The notes under the pieces are model-generated. The model did no database searches. It was not told where the DNA came from and was given only the letters and a program-made list of their open reading frames with translations. DNA of 64,000 nucleotides. Origin: Selaginella moellendorffii (lineage: Eukaryota > Plantae > Lycopodiophyta). Location: NCBI RefSeq assembly GCF_000143415.4, contig NW_003314274.1, positions 562,806 through 626,805 of the forward strand, written 5' to 3'. Made by a program: the position numbers and the translations under genes. This document shows positions 38,273 through 49,928 of this stretch, one piece after another. Each line of letters opens with the position of its first letter. Position 1 is the first letter of the stretch.

Positions 38273-39868
38273 ATGGCAAAGAAGCAAAAGTTTGTGTCAC
38301 TAGCTACTATCTTGGCGATCATATTGACCATGGTTGATCTCCAAGCGAGAGCTTCAATCTCAGTTCACGAGGGCGACCTTGCGGATCTCTCATGCTTCAG
38401 CGCCATCTTGAGCATGAATGGGGACGCCTCGCACAAATCCAACTGGTGGCAGTTCCTCCAGTACTTGCAATCCAGCAGCGACAAGGCCTTCCTGGGGTAC
38501 ATGGTCTCCAACTTCACTGGCCAGAGCAGTCTCACAGCAGAGATCCGCGGGAAAAGGGGACTCCTGTCCACCAGGAACGCTTCCCTCATCGAATTCCACT
38601 CGGTCTCCAAGATCAATAAGCTGGGAAGCATGAAGATCACGATGTGGGCTTTGGGATTCCTCTGCCTGGATGAGGCTCCAAGCTGCGTCAAGTTCACACC
38701 CGTGGTGCTCCAAGCGATCCCTGGTTCTTCCCCAAGCAAGCTTGGGTTTTTCAGCTTGTGGGAAGAGCAGGACGGCGGGATCCTGGCGAACTCGGTTGCG
38801 TCCAAAGTGCTGACCCTCGAGAATTGGATCATGAGCAAGGAGAGTTTGAGTGGAATGAATCTGAGAAGCCTCGACGCCAAGCTCGATCTCTGCAAAAACT
38901 TGGAACTTCATCCAGCGCATGACAGGAGCAACCAGGAATTATTGGGAGATCTTGATCTGCGGAGCTTCGACGTGAAAACAGCCCCGGAAGCCGCGGGATT
39001 CAGGCTCAACGAGAGGGTGACAAGCATCACTCGACCAAACGGGCGCTTGTGTTTGCTGGGGATCGATGACAACACCACCGGATCATCTTTTAATTCCTCG
39101 TTGTCCTTCGACTTGCGAACCACGACGACACTGGTAGAAATCCTGGGCTCTTTCATGTCTCAAGTCAAGAGTTCTTACATCCAAGCACAGAGCTCGGCGC
39201 TAGATCTCGAGCATCCCGGCACCGATTTCTGGGTGGCCGCGGTTGCGCTCCCCGGCTCACTCATCGCGGTCGTAGCTGCGGCGCAGCCTTTCATCAACTT
39301 CCAGCTCACGTTCTTCCGAAACTTGGTGAGATCACAGGGCTGGAAAACGGCACTTCTGTGTGTCAGTAACTCCGTGCTCGCTCTCGGCTCGTACTCGGCG
39401 ATCATCACCGTGACTCCAACCGAGATCCAGAGGCAGGAGAAACTGAGGACCTGGGGATTGCTTGCAGACCAGGTTCCAATCACGACCCGTGGGCTCCAAG
39501 TTTTGGTAGTGGTCAAGGGGGAATCAAGTTACAGATCGGACAGCCTCTTGCTTGTGTGGTGTTCCACTGCCGTGCTTGTTCCTGTCATCGCCTGGATGAC
39601 GTTTTACAGGTGCAAACAAGTGTTTTACGTGAGGAGGATGCTCAAACTCTTGGCTGAGCTGGAGCCTGAACGCCACGACGCCGACGAAAGCAATGACGAG
39701 AGACTTGATGACCTGCGAGCCATTGAGATGGGTTCCGTGGAGCAGCAGCAACTCGAGAAGAGGCTTGCAAAGATGAACGCCATGCCTGGGACGAGCATGG
39801 TGACATCTGTTAAATCACTGGCTCGCCAAAGACAATCCTTAACACGTAGGACGAGATCTAACTTGTAG
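38273..39868 (+). CDS. Orphan membrane protein, cassette copy 1 (signal peptide, ~290-aa ectodomain, ~3 TM segments, charged helical tail), intronless, 531 aa
   Basis: Long intact ORF with TATAAA 48 bp upstream. Hydrophobic segments: FVSLATILAIILTMV, FWVAAVALPGSLIAVVAAA, ALLCVSNSVLALGSYSAIITV, LLLVWCSTAVLVPVIAWMTF. Family not recognised. Confidence 0.8.
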   Translation: MAKKQKFVSLATILAIILTMVDLQARASISVHEGDLADLSCFSAILSMNGDASHKSNWWQFLQYLQSSSDKAFLGYMVSNFTGQSSLTAEIRGKRGLLSTRNASLIEFHSVSKINKLGSMKITMWALGFLCLDEAPSCVKFTPVVLQAIPGSSPSKLGFFSLWEEQDGGILANSVASKVLTLENWIMSKESLSGMNLRSLDAKLDLCKNLELHPAHDRSNQELLGDLDLRSFDVKTAPEAAGFRLNERVTSITRPNGRLCLLGIDDNTTGSSFNSSLSFDLRTTTTLVEILGSFMSQVKSSYIQAQSSALDLEHPGTDFWVAAVALPGSLIAVVAAAQPFINFQLTFFRNLVRSQGWKTALLCVSNSVLALGSYSAIITVTPTEIQRQEKLRTWGLLADQVPITTRGLQVLVVVKGESSYRSDSLLLVWCSTAVLVPVIAWMTFYRCKQVFYVRRMLKLLAELEPERHDADESNDERLDDLRAIEMGSVEQQQLEKRLAKMNAMPGTSMVTSVKSLARQRQSLTRRTRSNL

Positions 39869-40210
39869 AATATTCTTCAAGCTCCTACCCTCTCGAAATT
39901 CTTTGAACGGCTTCTACAACTGCTGTGGAATCTGCTAACCACCAACTGAATGTGGTATTTGCTGGTACGACTGTTGAACTAGAACTTTTGACTTCAGAAA
40001 AACAAATGCATTTTCATCAAAAAAAATTCCAAGGCCACTACATTTGCTGGGCAGTACGAATTATAATTTCTCAGATTGTGCCACTGTGCCATGCTCAACG
40101 GCATGGCTGTATTTTTTTTACTTCAAAATTGAGTTTTCTTACTTCAAAATTGATTTTTCTCTCTTCAGATCTGATTATCTTCCCTAAAAAATTAATTTCT
40201 CATTAGGGTG

Positions 40211-40775
40211 ATGGCTTTCCCTTTCCCCTCGCCGCCGCCGCCGCCACATGAAGTGGGATTGGAGGAGGCAACGTTAATCAAAAGGGGAAGAGCTTTCAGG
40301 CCCGTGCCAGGGGATCTAGCTAATGTAGGGGCGTTTGCAACATGGGTCCAGGAAAATCTCCCCTTGGTGCATGCCATTCTTGGCCCCTTGCAATGATCCG
40401 CTTCCTCGTGAGTTCGCTTTGAAGCTCGCCCAGTTGAAGGTAAGGGTTTGTTTGTGCTGGTTGGCTGGTTGCTGTGTGCCTTCTTTGCTGACTATCTTAT
40501 GATACAGTGCCCCAAGTGCCTCAGGAGGGGCTACCGAATTTGGTGCCCTTCTCGGATGTGGTTTGCGACTTCACGCTTCCGTTCAGAGGTCGAGACGGCC
40601 TTGTGCAGAAGCTTGCAGAGACGATTGACGACCTTCACAACTTTCGCATCTACTGGGATTAACAGAGAGCAGGCGGAAGACTCGATTCCTTTTAGAGACT
40701 GGAGAGGCGCTTAAAGGCAATTTGTAATTTCAAAACCAAGAAAATAATTCATTTGTCTTTGAATTCAATTTATTT
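40211..40775 (+). pseudogene. Deleted remnant of the header-NTPase-nuclease gene, cassette copy 1
   Basis: Matches 43127-43709 with several deletions (Walker A removed), then jumps to sequence matching the 3' flank at ~45457-45505. Confidence 0.85.
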
Positions 40776-41178
40776 CTTCTCCAAAAAAGACTTTGCAGGC
40801 ACCTCCCTGTCAATTGTTGCTAACTAGCTTTGCATGCTTGCTTACTTGCTTCTGCTGATGCTGCACACGTCCAGAATTATAGCCTTGTCCACCACTGTTG
40901 GAGTCTAGGAAAATTTACCATTGGTCATTTTTACCCCTTGTGGCTGGATGAAGATTGTCCAGTTGCAAGGGCGCAATGATGTGCTTCCTCATGAGTTTGC
41001 TATCCATTTGCGTGAAGCCAGATTGTCCAGTTGCCATGTATCATCGTTGGTGTCCCATTTTGACTCACCATCTCTTTGATATAGTCCCACATAGTACACG
41101 TCTTTCCCTTGAGATTGGATGTATAAATCCAGAAGCAGTACCTCAAATCTTTGCTTGCATCTGGTATGATTCACTATC

Positions 41179-42783
41179 ATGACAAAGAAGCAAAAGTTTG
41201 TGTCACTAGCTACTATCTTGGCGATCATATTGACCATGGTTGATCTCCAAGCGAGAGCTTCAATCTCAGTTCACAAGGGCGACCTTGCGGCTCTCTCATG
41301 CTTCAGCGCCATCTTGAGCATGAATGGCGACGCCTCGCACAAATGCAACTGGTGGCAGTTCCTCCAGTACTTGCAATCCAGCAGCGACCAGGCCTTCCTG
41401 GGGTACATGGTCTCCAACTTCACTGGCCAGAGCAATCTCACAGCGGAGATCCGCGAGAAAGGGGGACTCCTGTCCACCAGGAACGCTTCCCTCATGGAAT
41501 TCCACTCGGTCTCCAAGATCAATAAGCTGGGAAGCATGGAGATCACGATGTGGGCTTTGGGATTCCTCTGCCTGGATGAGGCTCCAAGCTGCGTCAAGTT
41601 CACACCCGTGGTGCTCCAAGCGATCCCTGGTTCTTCCCCAAGCAAGTTGGGGTTTTTCAGCTTGTGGGAAGAGCAGGACGGCGGGATCCTGGCGAACTCG
41701 GTCGCGTCCAAAGTGCTGACCCTCGATAATTGGAGCATGAGCAAGGAGAGTTTGAGTGGAATGAATCTGAGAAGCCTCGACGCCAAGCTCGATCTCTGCA
41801 AAGGCTTGGAACTTCATCCAGCGCATGACAGGAGCAACCAGGAATTATTGGGAGGTCTTGATCTGCAGAGCTTCGACGTGAAAACAGCCCCGGAAGCTGC
41901 GGGATTCAGGCTCAACGAGAGGGTGACAAGCATCACTCGACCAAACAGGCGCTTGTGTTTGCTGGGGATCGATGACAACACCACCGGATCATCTTTGGAT
42001 TCCTCGTTGTCCTTCGACTTGCGAATCACGACGACACTGGTAGAAATCCTGGGCTCTTTCATGTCTCAAGTCAAGAATTCTTACATCCAAGCACAGAGCT
42101 CGGCGCTAGATCTCGAGCATCCCGGCACCGATTTCTGGGTGACCGCGGTCGCGCTCCCCGGCGCATTCATCGCGGTCGTAGCTGCGGCGCAGCCTTTCAT
42201 CAACTTCCAGCTCACGTTCTTCCGAAACTTGGTGAGATCACAGGGCTGGAAAACGGCACTTCTGTGTGTCAGTAACTCCGTGCTCGCTCTCGGCTCGTAC
42301 TCGGCGATCATCACCGTGACTCCAGCCGAGATCCAGAGGCAGGAGAAACTGAGGACCTGGGGATTGCTTGCAGACCAGGTTCCAATCACGAACCGTGGCC
42401 TCCAAGTTTTGGTAGTGGTCAAGGGGGAATCAAGTTACAGATCGGACAGCCTCTTGCTTGTGTGGTGTTCCACCGCCGTGCTTGTTCCTGTCATCGCCTG
42501 GATGACGTTTCGCCGGTGCAAACAAGTGTTTTACGTGAGGAGGATGCTCAAACTCTTGGCTGAGATGGAGCCTGAACGCTACGACGCCGACGAAAGCAAT
42601 GACGAGAGACTTGATGACCTGCGAGCCATTGAGATGGGTTCCGTGGAGCAGCAGCAACTCGAGAAGAGGCTTGCAAAGATGAACGCCATGCAAGGGACGA
42701 GCATGGTGACATCTGTTAAATCACTGGCTCGCCAAAGACAATCCTTAACACGTAGGCATTCACGCACGAGGCAAAATGCGTAA
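41179..42783 (+). CDS. Orphan membrane protein, cassette copy 2, intronless, 534 aa
   Basis: Near-identical intact paralog of 38273-39868 with a shared promoter and 3' flank. Confidence 0.8.
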   Translation: MTKKQKFVSLATILAIILTMVDLQARASISVHKGDLAALSCFSAILSMNGDASHKCNWWQFLQYLQSSSDQAFLGYMVSNFTGQSNLTAEIREKGGLLSTRNASLMEFHSVSKINKLGSMEITMWALGFLCLDEAPSCVKFTPVVLQAIPGSSPSKLGFFSLWEEQDGGILANSVASKVLTLDNWSMSKESLSGMNLRSLDAKLDLCKGLELHPAHDRSNQELLGGLDLQSFDVKTAPEAAGFRLNERVTSITRPNRRLCLLGIDDNTTGSSLDSSLSFDLRITTTLVEILGSFMSQVKNSYIQAQSSALDLEHPGTDFWVTAVALPGAFIAVVAAAQPFINFQLTFFRNLVRSQGWKTALLCVSNSVLALGSYSAIITVTPAEIQRQEKLRTWGLLADQVPITNRGLQVLVVVKGESSYRSDSLLLVWCSTAVLVPVIAWMTFRRCKQVFYVRRMLKLLAEMEPERYDADESNDERLDDLRAIEMGSVEQQQLEKRLAKMNAMQGTSMVTSVKSLARQRQSLTRRHSRTRQNA

Positions 42784-43126
42784 CATCGAAATCTAACTTG
42801 TAAAATATTCTTCAAGCTCCTACCCTCTCCAAATTCTTTAAACGGCTTCGACAACTGCTGTGGAATCTGCTAACCACCAACTGAATGTGGTATTTGCTAC
42901 TGCTTGCTTGCTGAATGCTGGTACGACTGTTGAACTAGAACTTTTGACTTCAGAAAAACGAATGCATTTTCATCCAAGGCCACTACATTTGCTGGGGAGT
43001 ACTAATTATAATTTCTCAGATTGTGCCACTGTGCCATGGCTGTATTTTTATGACTTCAAAATTGATTTTTCTCTCTTCAGATCTGATTATCTTCCCTAAA
43101 AAATTGATTTCTCATTAGGGTAACGT

Positions 43127-45365
43127 ATGGCTTTCCCTTTCCTCTGCGCCGTGTGCATATCCATCCGCCAGATGAAGTGGAGGCAACGTTAATCAAAAGG
43201 GGAAGAGCGTTCAAGCCCGTGCCAGGGGATCTAGCTGATGTTGGAGCGTTTGCAACATGGCTTCAGGAAAATCTCCCCTTGGTGCATGCCATTTTTGGCC
43301 CCTGTGGCTGGATGGAAATTGTACACTTGCAAAGGCGCAATGATCCGCTTCCTCGTGAGTTCGCTTTCCATTTGCGTGAAGCTCGCCCAACTGTAGGTAA
43401 GGGTTTGTTTGTGCTAGTCTGTTTGCCTTCTTTGCTGACTATCTTATGATACAGTGCCCCAAGTGCCTCAGGAGGGGCTACCGAATTTGGTGCCCTTCTC
43501 GGTGCGACTTCACGCTTCCGTTCAGAGGTCGAGACGGCCTCGTGCAGAAGCTCGCAGAGATGATTGACGAGAACTTCACAACTTTCGCATCTAGCGGGAT
43601 TAGTGGAGAGCAGGCGCTCTTGATCACTCTGGAGGGCCTTGCCGGAGTGGGGAAGACTCGATTCCTTTTAGAGACCAAGGAGCGTGTTGGAGAGGCGCTT
43701 AAAGGCAGGGCATCAGCATTGCAGGAGCTTCATCGTGTTGGAGCTACGGCAGCGGTGTACATCACCTTCAGTGGCTCGGCTGTTGGCCATTCATCACCTC
43801 ATCTTCTGCATCCGGCTTTTGTGGCAGTCTGTAAGGAGAGAGGTGATTACCGTTCTGGCCGGGTTTTTCTGCGGGTGTCTGTAGTTTCGCAGATACTGTT
43901 TGGCAAGCCTTGGAGTGACTTACCGTCTGCGCTACAGAATGAGATCCTTGCGGGAGATGACTGCGTGTCTGTGCAGAAGGTTTCAGCTCATGTGAGGAAA
44001 GGGCTTGCGGTACCGGAGAATCAGATGGTTGCCTTGTACCTTTTGGTGGATGAGTTGCAGCAACTGGGAAGGGAAGTGAGTGGAGCTGGCTGTGATGGTG
44101 AAGCCTTCCTGAACGGCATGCTTTCCTGGTTAGTGACAGTCATGACTTCCTTAGCGGGAAACTCCATCGCCAAGGACTGCAACATTGCCTTTATAACTCT
44201 TCTAGCAGGAACAGTTCTTCATGTAGGCGGGAAGTACGGGTTAACAGACTGGCTCAAGGTGAACGTCACATTACCCCCCTTGGATTTGAAATCAGCGGTG
44301 GAGGTACTAAGTATGTCTATCAAGGATAATCGTTTTCACGAATTTCGGACGCAGCTGGAAATACTTCTAGAAGACTGCGGCTGTGTCCCGAGGCTGATTT
44401 GGTACATTTACACTGCATGGTTACAGGCGCAGGGTCTGGAACTTCCAGCAAGGGATTTCATTGCGCACTTACGAACTTCTGTGACTCTACAGCTGAAGCC
44501 ATATGTTGATCGAGTCATGCAGGGGAACCTCGACAACGTGAAACGAATGATTCGGCTTTGCCTCACTGGGGTGGTGATGCCAAGGCCACCTGTTGGGCAG
44601 ATGACGAGGGAGGAAGAAGCATGTTTCAGAGGTTATGTGTATTCTGAAGAGGTGGAAGGCGGTGGAGTTGTCTATAAGAGCCCGATGTTACTTGTTCATG
44701 CGCTTGGACTGAGGTTGGGGATCCCAGAGAGGGTAGTAGCTCTCAGGCCCCAGCCAGCAGTAGGCGACGTGCTGAAGGATGGCTTTTTCGACATGCTGCA
44801 TGCCACGCTCTGGGTGTTGGAAGGCCGAACGGTTTCTCTTGGTCAGATCTTTCCGGGGGCCCTTGGGAGCCAGAGGCTGGTTGACACCAGAGTTGTGGTT
44901 GCGGCTCCGGGTGACGGAGTGGTTGAAGAGAAGTATCAGTTTTATAATCCGCAGCTGGAAAGGTTTTATACCCCAGGTGATACACAAATGATTGGGGCGG
45001 ACAGTAGACCTTATGTGCACCCAACTGAGGCACAACCCACAGGCGCTGGTTTCGTGTTCAAGTGCAAAAAGGGGACAGCATGCACGGATGGGAGAGTGTT
45101 CTTGATTGGTGTGGACGGGAAGGTGTACGAGTTCTGGTTCCAGCTCAAGGGACAGGAAGGCCGCGTGAGTCAGGACGAAGCGGCCAAGTGGGCTAGAGCT
45201 GCAAATTCACCTTCCAAGTACGTAGAAGGAAGGAAGAAGGTGTATGTTTTGTGCAGTAGGCAGGGCTTCAGTTTCCAGGACCCTGTTTGCGAGGAGGGTC
45301 GTGTGCTCCTCGTGGATCTAGTTAACATCATGCAAGGGTTCTTGAGAAGGTGCCAACTGGGATAA
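43127..45365 (+). CDS. Crinkler/RHS-like P-loop NTPase with C-terminal PD-(D/E)xK-type nuclease, cassette copy 2; header exon frameshifted, 639-aa ORF 43446-45365 open
   Basis: PFRGRD pre-P-loop motif; Walker A GLAGVGKT (~43635-43658); Walker B LYLLVDE (~44034-44054); CGCVPRLI GxP-like motif; TDG...WFQLKG nuclease-like D...QxK (~45084-45150); intron ~43397-43454. Confidence 0.7.
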
Positions 45366-45995
45366 GAAATTTGCGGCACGAGAGAATGCTCACAAAGGTG
45401 ACGAGCCGAGATCATGGCGTAAAAGAGCTCCAGCGATTGATCCACTCGCGTGGCCTGGTAATTTCGGGACCAAGAAAAGAATCAGTTTGTCTTTGAATTC
45501 AATCTATGCATGGTTCCAGAAACCTCGCCGCCTGCTTGCTGAATGCCTGCTGTGATTGCTCCAAAAGATTTGCAGCCGTGCTACTAGCTCGCCTGCAACT
45601 GCTCGAACTGAAAAGTCTGCCGCTGTGCTTGTCATGTCCCAGAATTGTGAACGTCGCCCTCTCGCCTCACTTGGGACGAGAAGCTGCGTGCTGTGTGGCC
45701 AGGAACGAAAACGCGGTATGCAACAATAAGAAGAGGAAGCAGCAGCAGCCTACACAGCAAACTGTGAGATCATGGAATGCACAAAACTGGTGCTCACCTT
45801 TGTAGCTTGAGTGGTAGCGTCAATCGTGCTCGAGCTCCACCACGAAGAGAAACAAGGACCGGCCTACACAGGAAAATGTGAGATCATGTTCCAGGGAAAT
45901 GGTGCTCACCTTTGGTGGTATCAGTCGCAAGCCTCGTTTATTGATGAAACATCACACAAAAACACTCGAGGAGAGGAGCACGCATCTTTTTTTTT

Positions 45996-48900
45996 TCACA
46001 CCACCACACTCGCAATCTCGGCTACCACCTTGTCCGCCTTGAAAAAGTCCTGGAGGGCCAGCATCTCCACGGGACACTCCTTCAAGCTCTTCACCGCCTG
46101 GAGGTTCGCCAGTCCACCCGCGATGGTGGTGACGATTGGAACCTTGTACGCCAGCGCCGATCTCCTCAGCTGCCTCCCATCCTTCTCGTCCAGAGCGTCA
46201 CCCGAGCTCGTGATGATCATCAGCTGGATCTGTCCATTCGCCACCAGATCGCCCGCGTGAGGCCTCCCTTCGTGCAGCTTCAGCACTCGCTCCACCGGGA
46301 TCCCCTGCTCCTCGAGAAACTTTGCGGTGCCGCTCGTCGACACGATGTTGAATCCCAGCGCGTGGAAGCCTCGCGCGATTGGGACCGCCTGGGCCTTGGT
46401 CTGGTCGTTCAAGCTGATGAACACCGTGCCTTGCAGCGGGAGCTTCTGGTTGGCGGCGATCTGCGACTTTCCAAATGCCTTGTCGAAGCTGTAGTCGATT
46501 CCCATGACTTCACCCGTGCTTCTCATCTCCGGGCCGAGTAGAACGTCGCAGCCCTGGAACTTGTCGAAGGGAAGCACCGCCTCTTTCACGGAGACGTGCG
46601 CCGGTATCACTTCCTGGCTGAAGCCGAGATCGCCCAAGCTCTTCCCGGACATGACCAGAGCAGCGTACTTGGCCAGCGGATGTCCAATCGCCTTGGAAAC
46701 AAACGGCACGGTTCGTGACGCTCGTGGATTCGCCTCAATGATGTAAACTTCTCCAGACTGCGTGATGGCAAACTGGCAGTTCATCAGCCCGCAAACGTTG
46801 AGCTTCTTGGCAAGCTTGGTGGTGGCGTCCCGTATCGTCGCTAAAGCAACCGCTGGAATGGTTTGCGTCGGAATCGAGCAAGCAGAGTCCCCGGAATGGA
46901 CTCCAGCTTGCTCGATGTGCTCCATGATCCCTCCTATAACCACGCCCCCGTTTCCATCCGCCAGGCAGTCCACATCGATCTCGGAGGAGTCTGTGAGATA
47001 CTTGTCCACCAGCACTGGTCTGCCCGGATCGACTTCGACCGCAGTCTCCAGGTACTTCTTGAGCTTGTCGTTGCTGTAAACGATCTCCATGGCCCGTCCA
47101 CCAAGAACATAGGATGGACGCACAACGACCGGGAAGCCAACTCTCTTTGCAATAGCCAGTGCGTCTTCTTCACTACGAGCGATGCCACCCGGAGGCTGCT
47201 TGATCCCGAGCTGGTTTAGTATGCTCTCGAACCTCTTCCTGTCCTCGGACGCGTCAATAGAATCTGGAGACGTCCCCCATATCTTCACGTAGCCGTCACC
47301 ACTGGCTGACAACGGTTTGAAGTCGTCCAGATAGTTCTGTATAGGCACAGCCAGCTTCAGAGGCGTCTGTCCACCAAACTGGACAATAATTCCGTCCGGC
47401 TTCTCCAGATCAATGATATTTAGAACGTCCTCTGTTGTTAGTGGTTCGAAATACAGACGATCGCTCGTATCGTAGTCCGTTGACACGGTTTCCGGATTTG
47501 AGTTCATCATTATTGTCTCGAATCCCGCTTCCTGGAACCGATACAAGGTAAGAAGAAAATAGAAAAAAGGAAGAGCTCATACATACCCGGAGCACAAAGG
47601 ACGCATGGCAGCAGCAGTAGTCGAATTCAATGCCTTGTCCGATGCGATTGGGACCGCCGCCAAGGATCAATACCTTTCTCTTGCTGCCCGAGTTAGCCTC
47701 GCACTCATCGTCGTAGGATGAGTACATGTAAGGTGTCTTGGCTTCGAACTCTGCAGCACAAGTGTCCACACGCTTAAATGCTGGCACCACTCCGAGAGCG
47801 ATCCTATGAGCTCGAACCTCCGCTTCGGCGCTTTTGGTCGCATAAGCAACTTGTCTATCGCTGAAACCCCGTCGCTTAATCTCGTACATGTCGTCCTTAC
47901 TCAGCTCTGTCAGTTTTGTGTTGGACAGAAACTCCTCCACCCCAAACAACTCCTTGAGCTCTCCCAGGAACCACGGATCGATAAAAGTGAGCTCGTGAAT
48001 TTCTTCCGCGCTCATTCCTCTCTTCATAGCTGCGTAGACGGCATACATCCTGTCCGGGTTGGGTACTCGCAACTTATACTTCAGCTCCTCAATATCCCAC
48101 TTGAGCTCTTTGCTATCTTCGCAACCCCATCCCGAGTGACCGGTTTCTAGAGAACGCACGGCTTTCTGGAACGATTCCTGGAACGTCCGCCCAATCGCCA
48201 TGGCCTCACCAACAGACTTCATTTGAGTGGTAAGTATGGCCTGGGAGCCCGGAAACTTTTCAAAAGCGAAACGTGGAATCTGCACACATACAAAGAAAAC
48301 GAAAATGTTTTAAAAGAAGCAGGAGAAAAAAAAAGCGCAAATAAAGCTGACCTTTGTCACCACGTAGTCAATGGATGGCTCAAAACTAGCAGGCGTCTTC
48401 CTGGTGATGTCGTTGGGAATCTGGTCCAGAGTGTAGCCCACCGACAGCTTGGCTGCCATTTTAGCGATAGGAAAACCAGTTGCCTTTGAAGCCAGAGCAG
48501 ACGACCTCGAGACACGGGGATTCATCTCGATAATCATCACCTCTCCATCCTCGGGATTTATAGCAAACTGCACGTTGGAGCCACCGCATTCAACTCCAAT
48601 CTCTCGGATGATTGCTATAGCCTGGTCCCGCAGCCTCTGATACTCTTTATCTGTCAATGTCTGCGCTGGAGCTACAGTGATGGAGTCCCCAGTGTGAACA
48701 CCCATGGGATCGATGTTCTCGATCGAGCAGATGATGACAACGTTGTCAGCGAGGTCCCTCATCACTTCTAGTTCGTATTCCTTCCAGCCCAGCAAGGACT
48801 TCTCAACCAAGACCTGCGAAGTGATGCTTGCGGTCAATCCAGACTTACAGATAGTTTCGAGCTCCTCCCTGTTGTACGCAATCCCTCCCCCAGTGCCTCC

Positions 48901-49707
48901 AAGAGTAAACGCAGGGCGGATGATCAAAGGAAACTCCCCAATCGTCTCGGCTATCTGGAAGCACTCCTCCAGAGTGGTGGCGATACCCGAAGGTGGCGTC
49001 TTCACTCCAATCTTCTGCATGGCTTGCCGGAAGAGATCCCTGTCCTCGGCCTTTTTGATCGCATCGAGCTTGGCACCGATGAGCTCCACTCCATACTTGT
49101 CCAGAGCTCCACTCTCCGCCAGAGCAACCGCCAGATTCAAAGCCGTCTGTCCGCCCATCGTCGGCAAGACCGCATCCGGCCTCTCCTTCGCGATGACTTG
49201 CTCCACGAGCTCCGGAGTCATGGGAGCGATGTAAGTCCGGTCCGCGAGATCCGGATCCGTCATGATCGTAGCGGGGTTGGAGTTGATAAGCACCACTTCG
49301 TAGCCTTCTTCTTTCAAGGCCTTGCATGCCTGAGTCCCAGAGTAGTCAAACTCGCAAGCCTGACCAATGACAATGGGACCAGCGCCAAGGATGAGAATCT
49401 TCTTGAGGTCTGTCCTCTTCTTCCCCTTGCAAACATTGCCTTTCTTGGACCATTCGATGAATGGCAGTGACTCGACCTCCTGTTCCGCAGATCGGGCCTC
49501 CCATTTCTTCCTCGCGTGGCGATATTGCGATGGATTCCAATGCCAGGCGCCGCTACCGCTGGCTCTCACAGCAAGCCCTCTGTGCGATCGACGACCATTC
49601 CAATCCCTACACCCCGCCGCTGCGTGCTTGAGCCGGTTCTCGGTGAAATCCGAGAATGCAGGCGCATCGATACCTCGAAATCTCGGAGCTAGCATCTCCG
49701 CCGCCAT
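45996..49707 (-). CDS. carB: Carbamoyl-phosphate synthase large subunit, plastid, two introns
   Basis: [28 protein letters not shown]; [19 protein letters not shown]; [17 protein letters not shown]; C-terminal MGS domain; transit peptide from ATG 49707. Confidence 0.97.
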
Positions 49708-49928
49708 AGATTCCAGCTCCACAGCGCGCTTACCTCGGATCGCACGACGCCGCGCAGCTCTTCGCTATCGCGCACAGCACATTGCTTTTCTAGGGCTTTA
49801 GATAAGCCGTATGCGAATATTCACCATTGCATGAAAGGGAGGGGAATATGCTTATTTATCTTTTGGAAAGGGCGCGCATGCCCTAGATCCTATTTTGTGA
49901 TTGTCGAGTAGGGTTTGGTGTCTCCGTC

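Noticed and set aside
38365-38920. Repeated antisense ORFs inside the orphan membrane gene
   Set aside because: They recur only because the copies are near-identical; no independent support.
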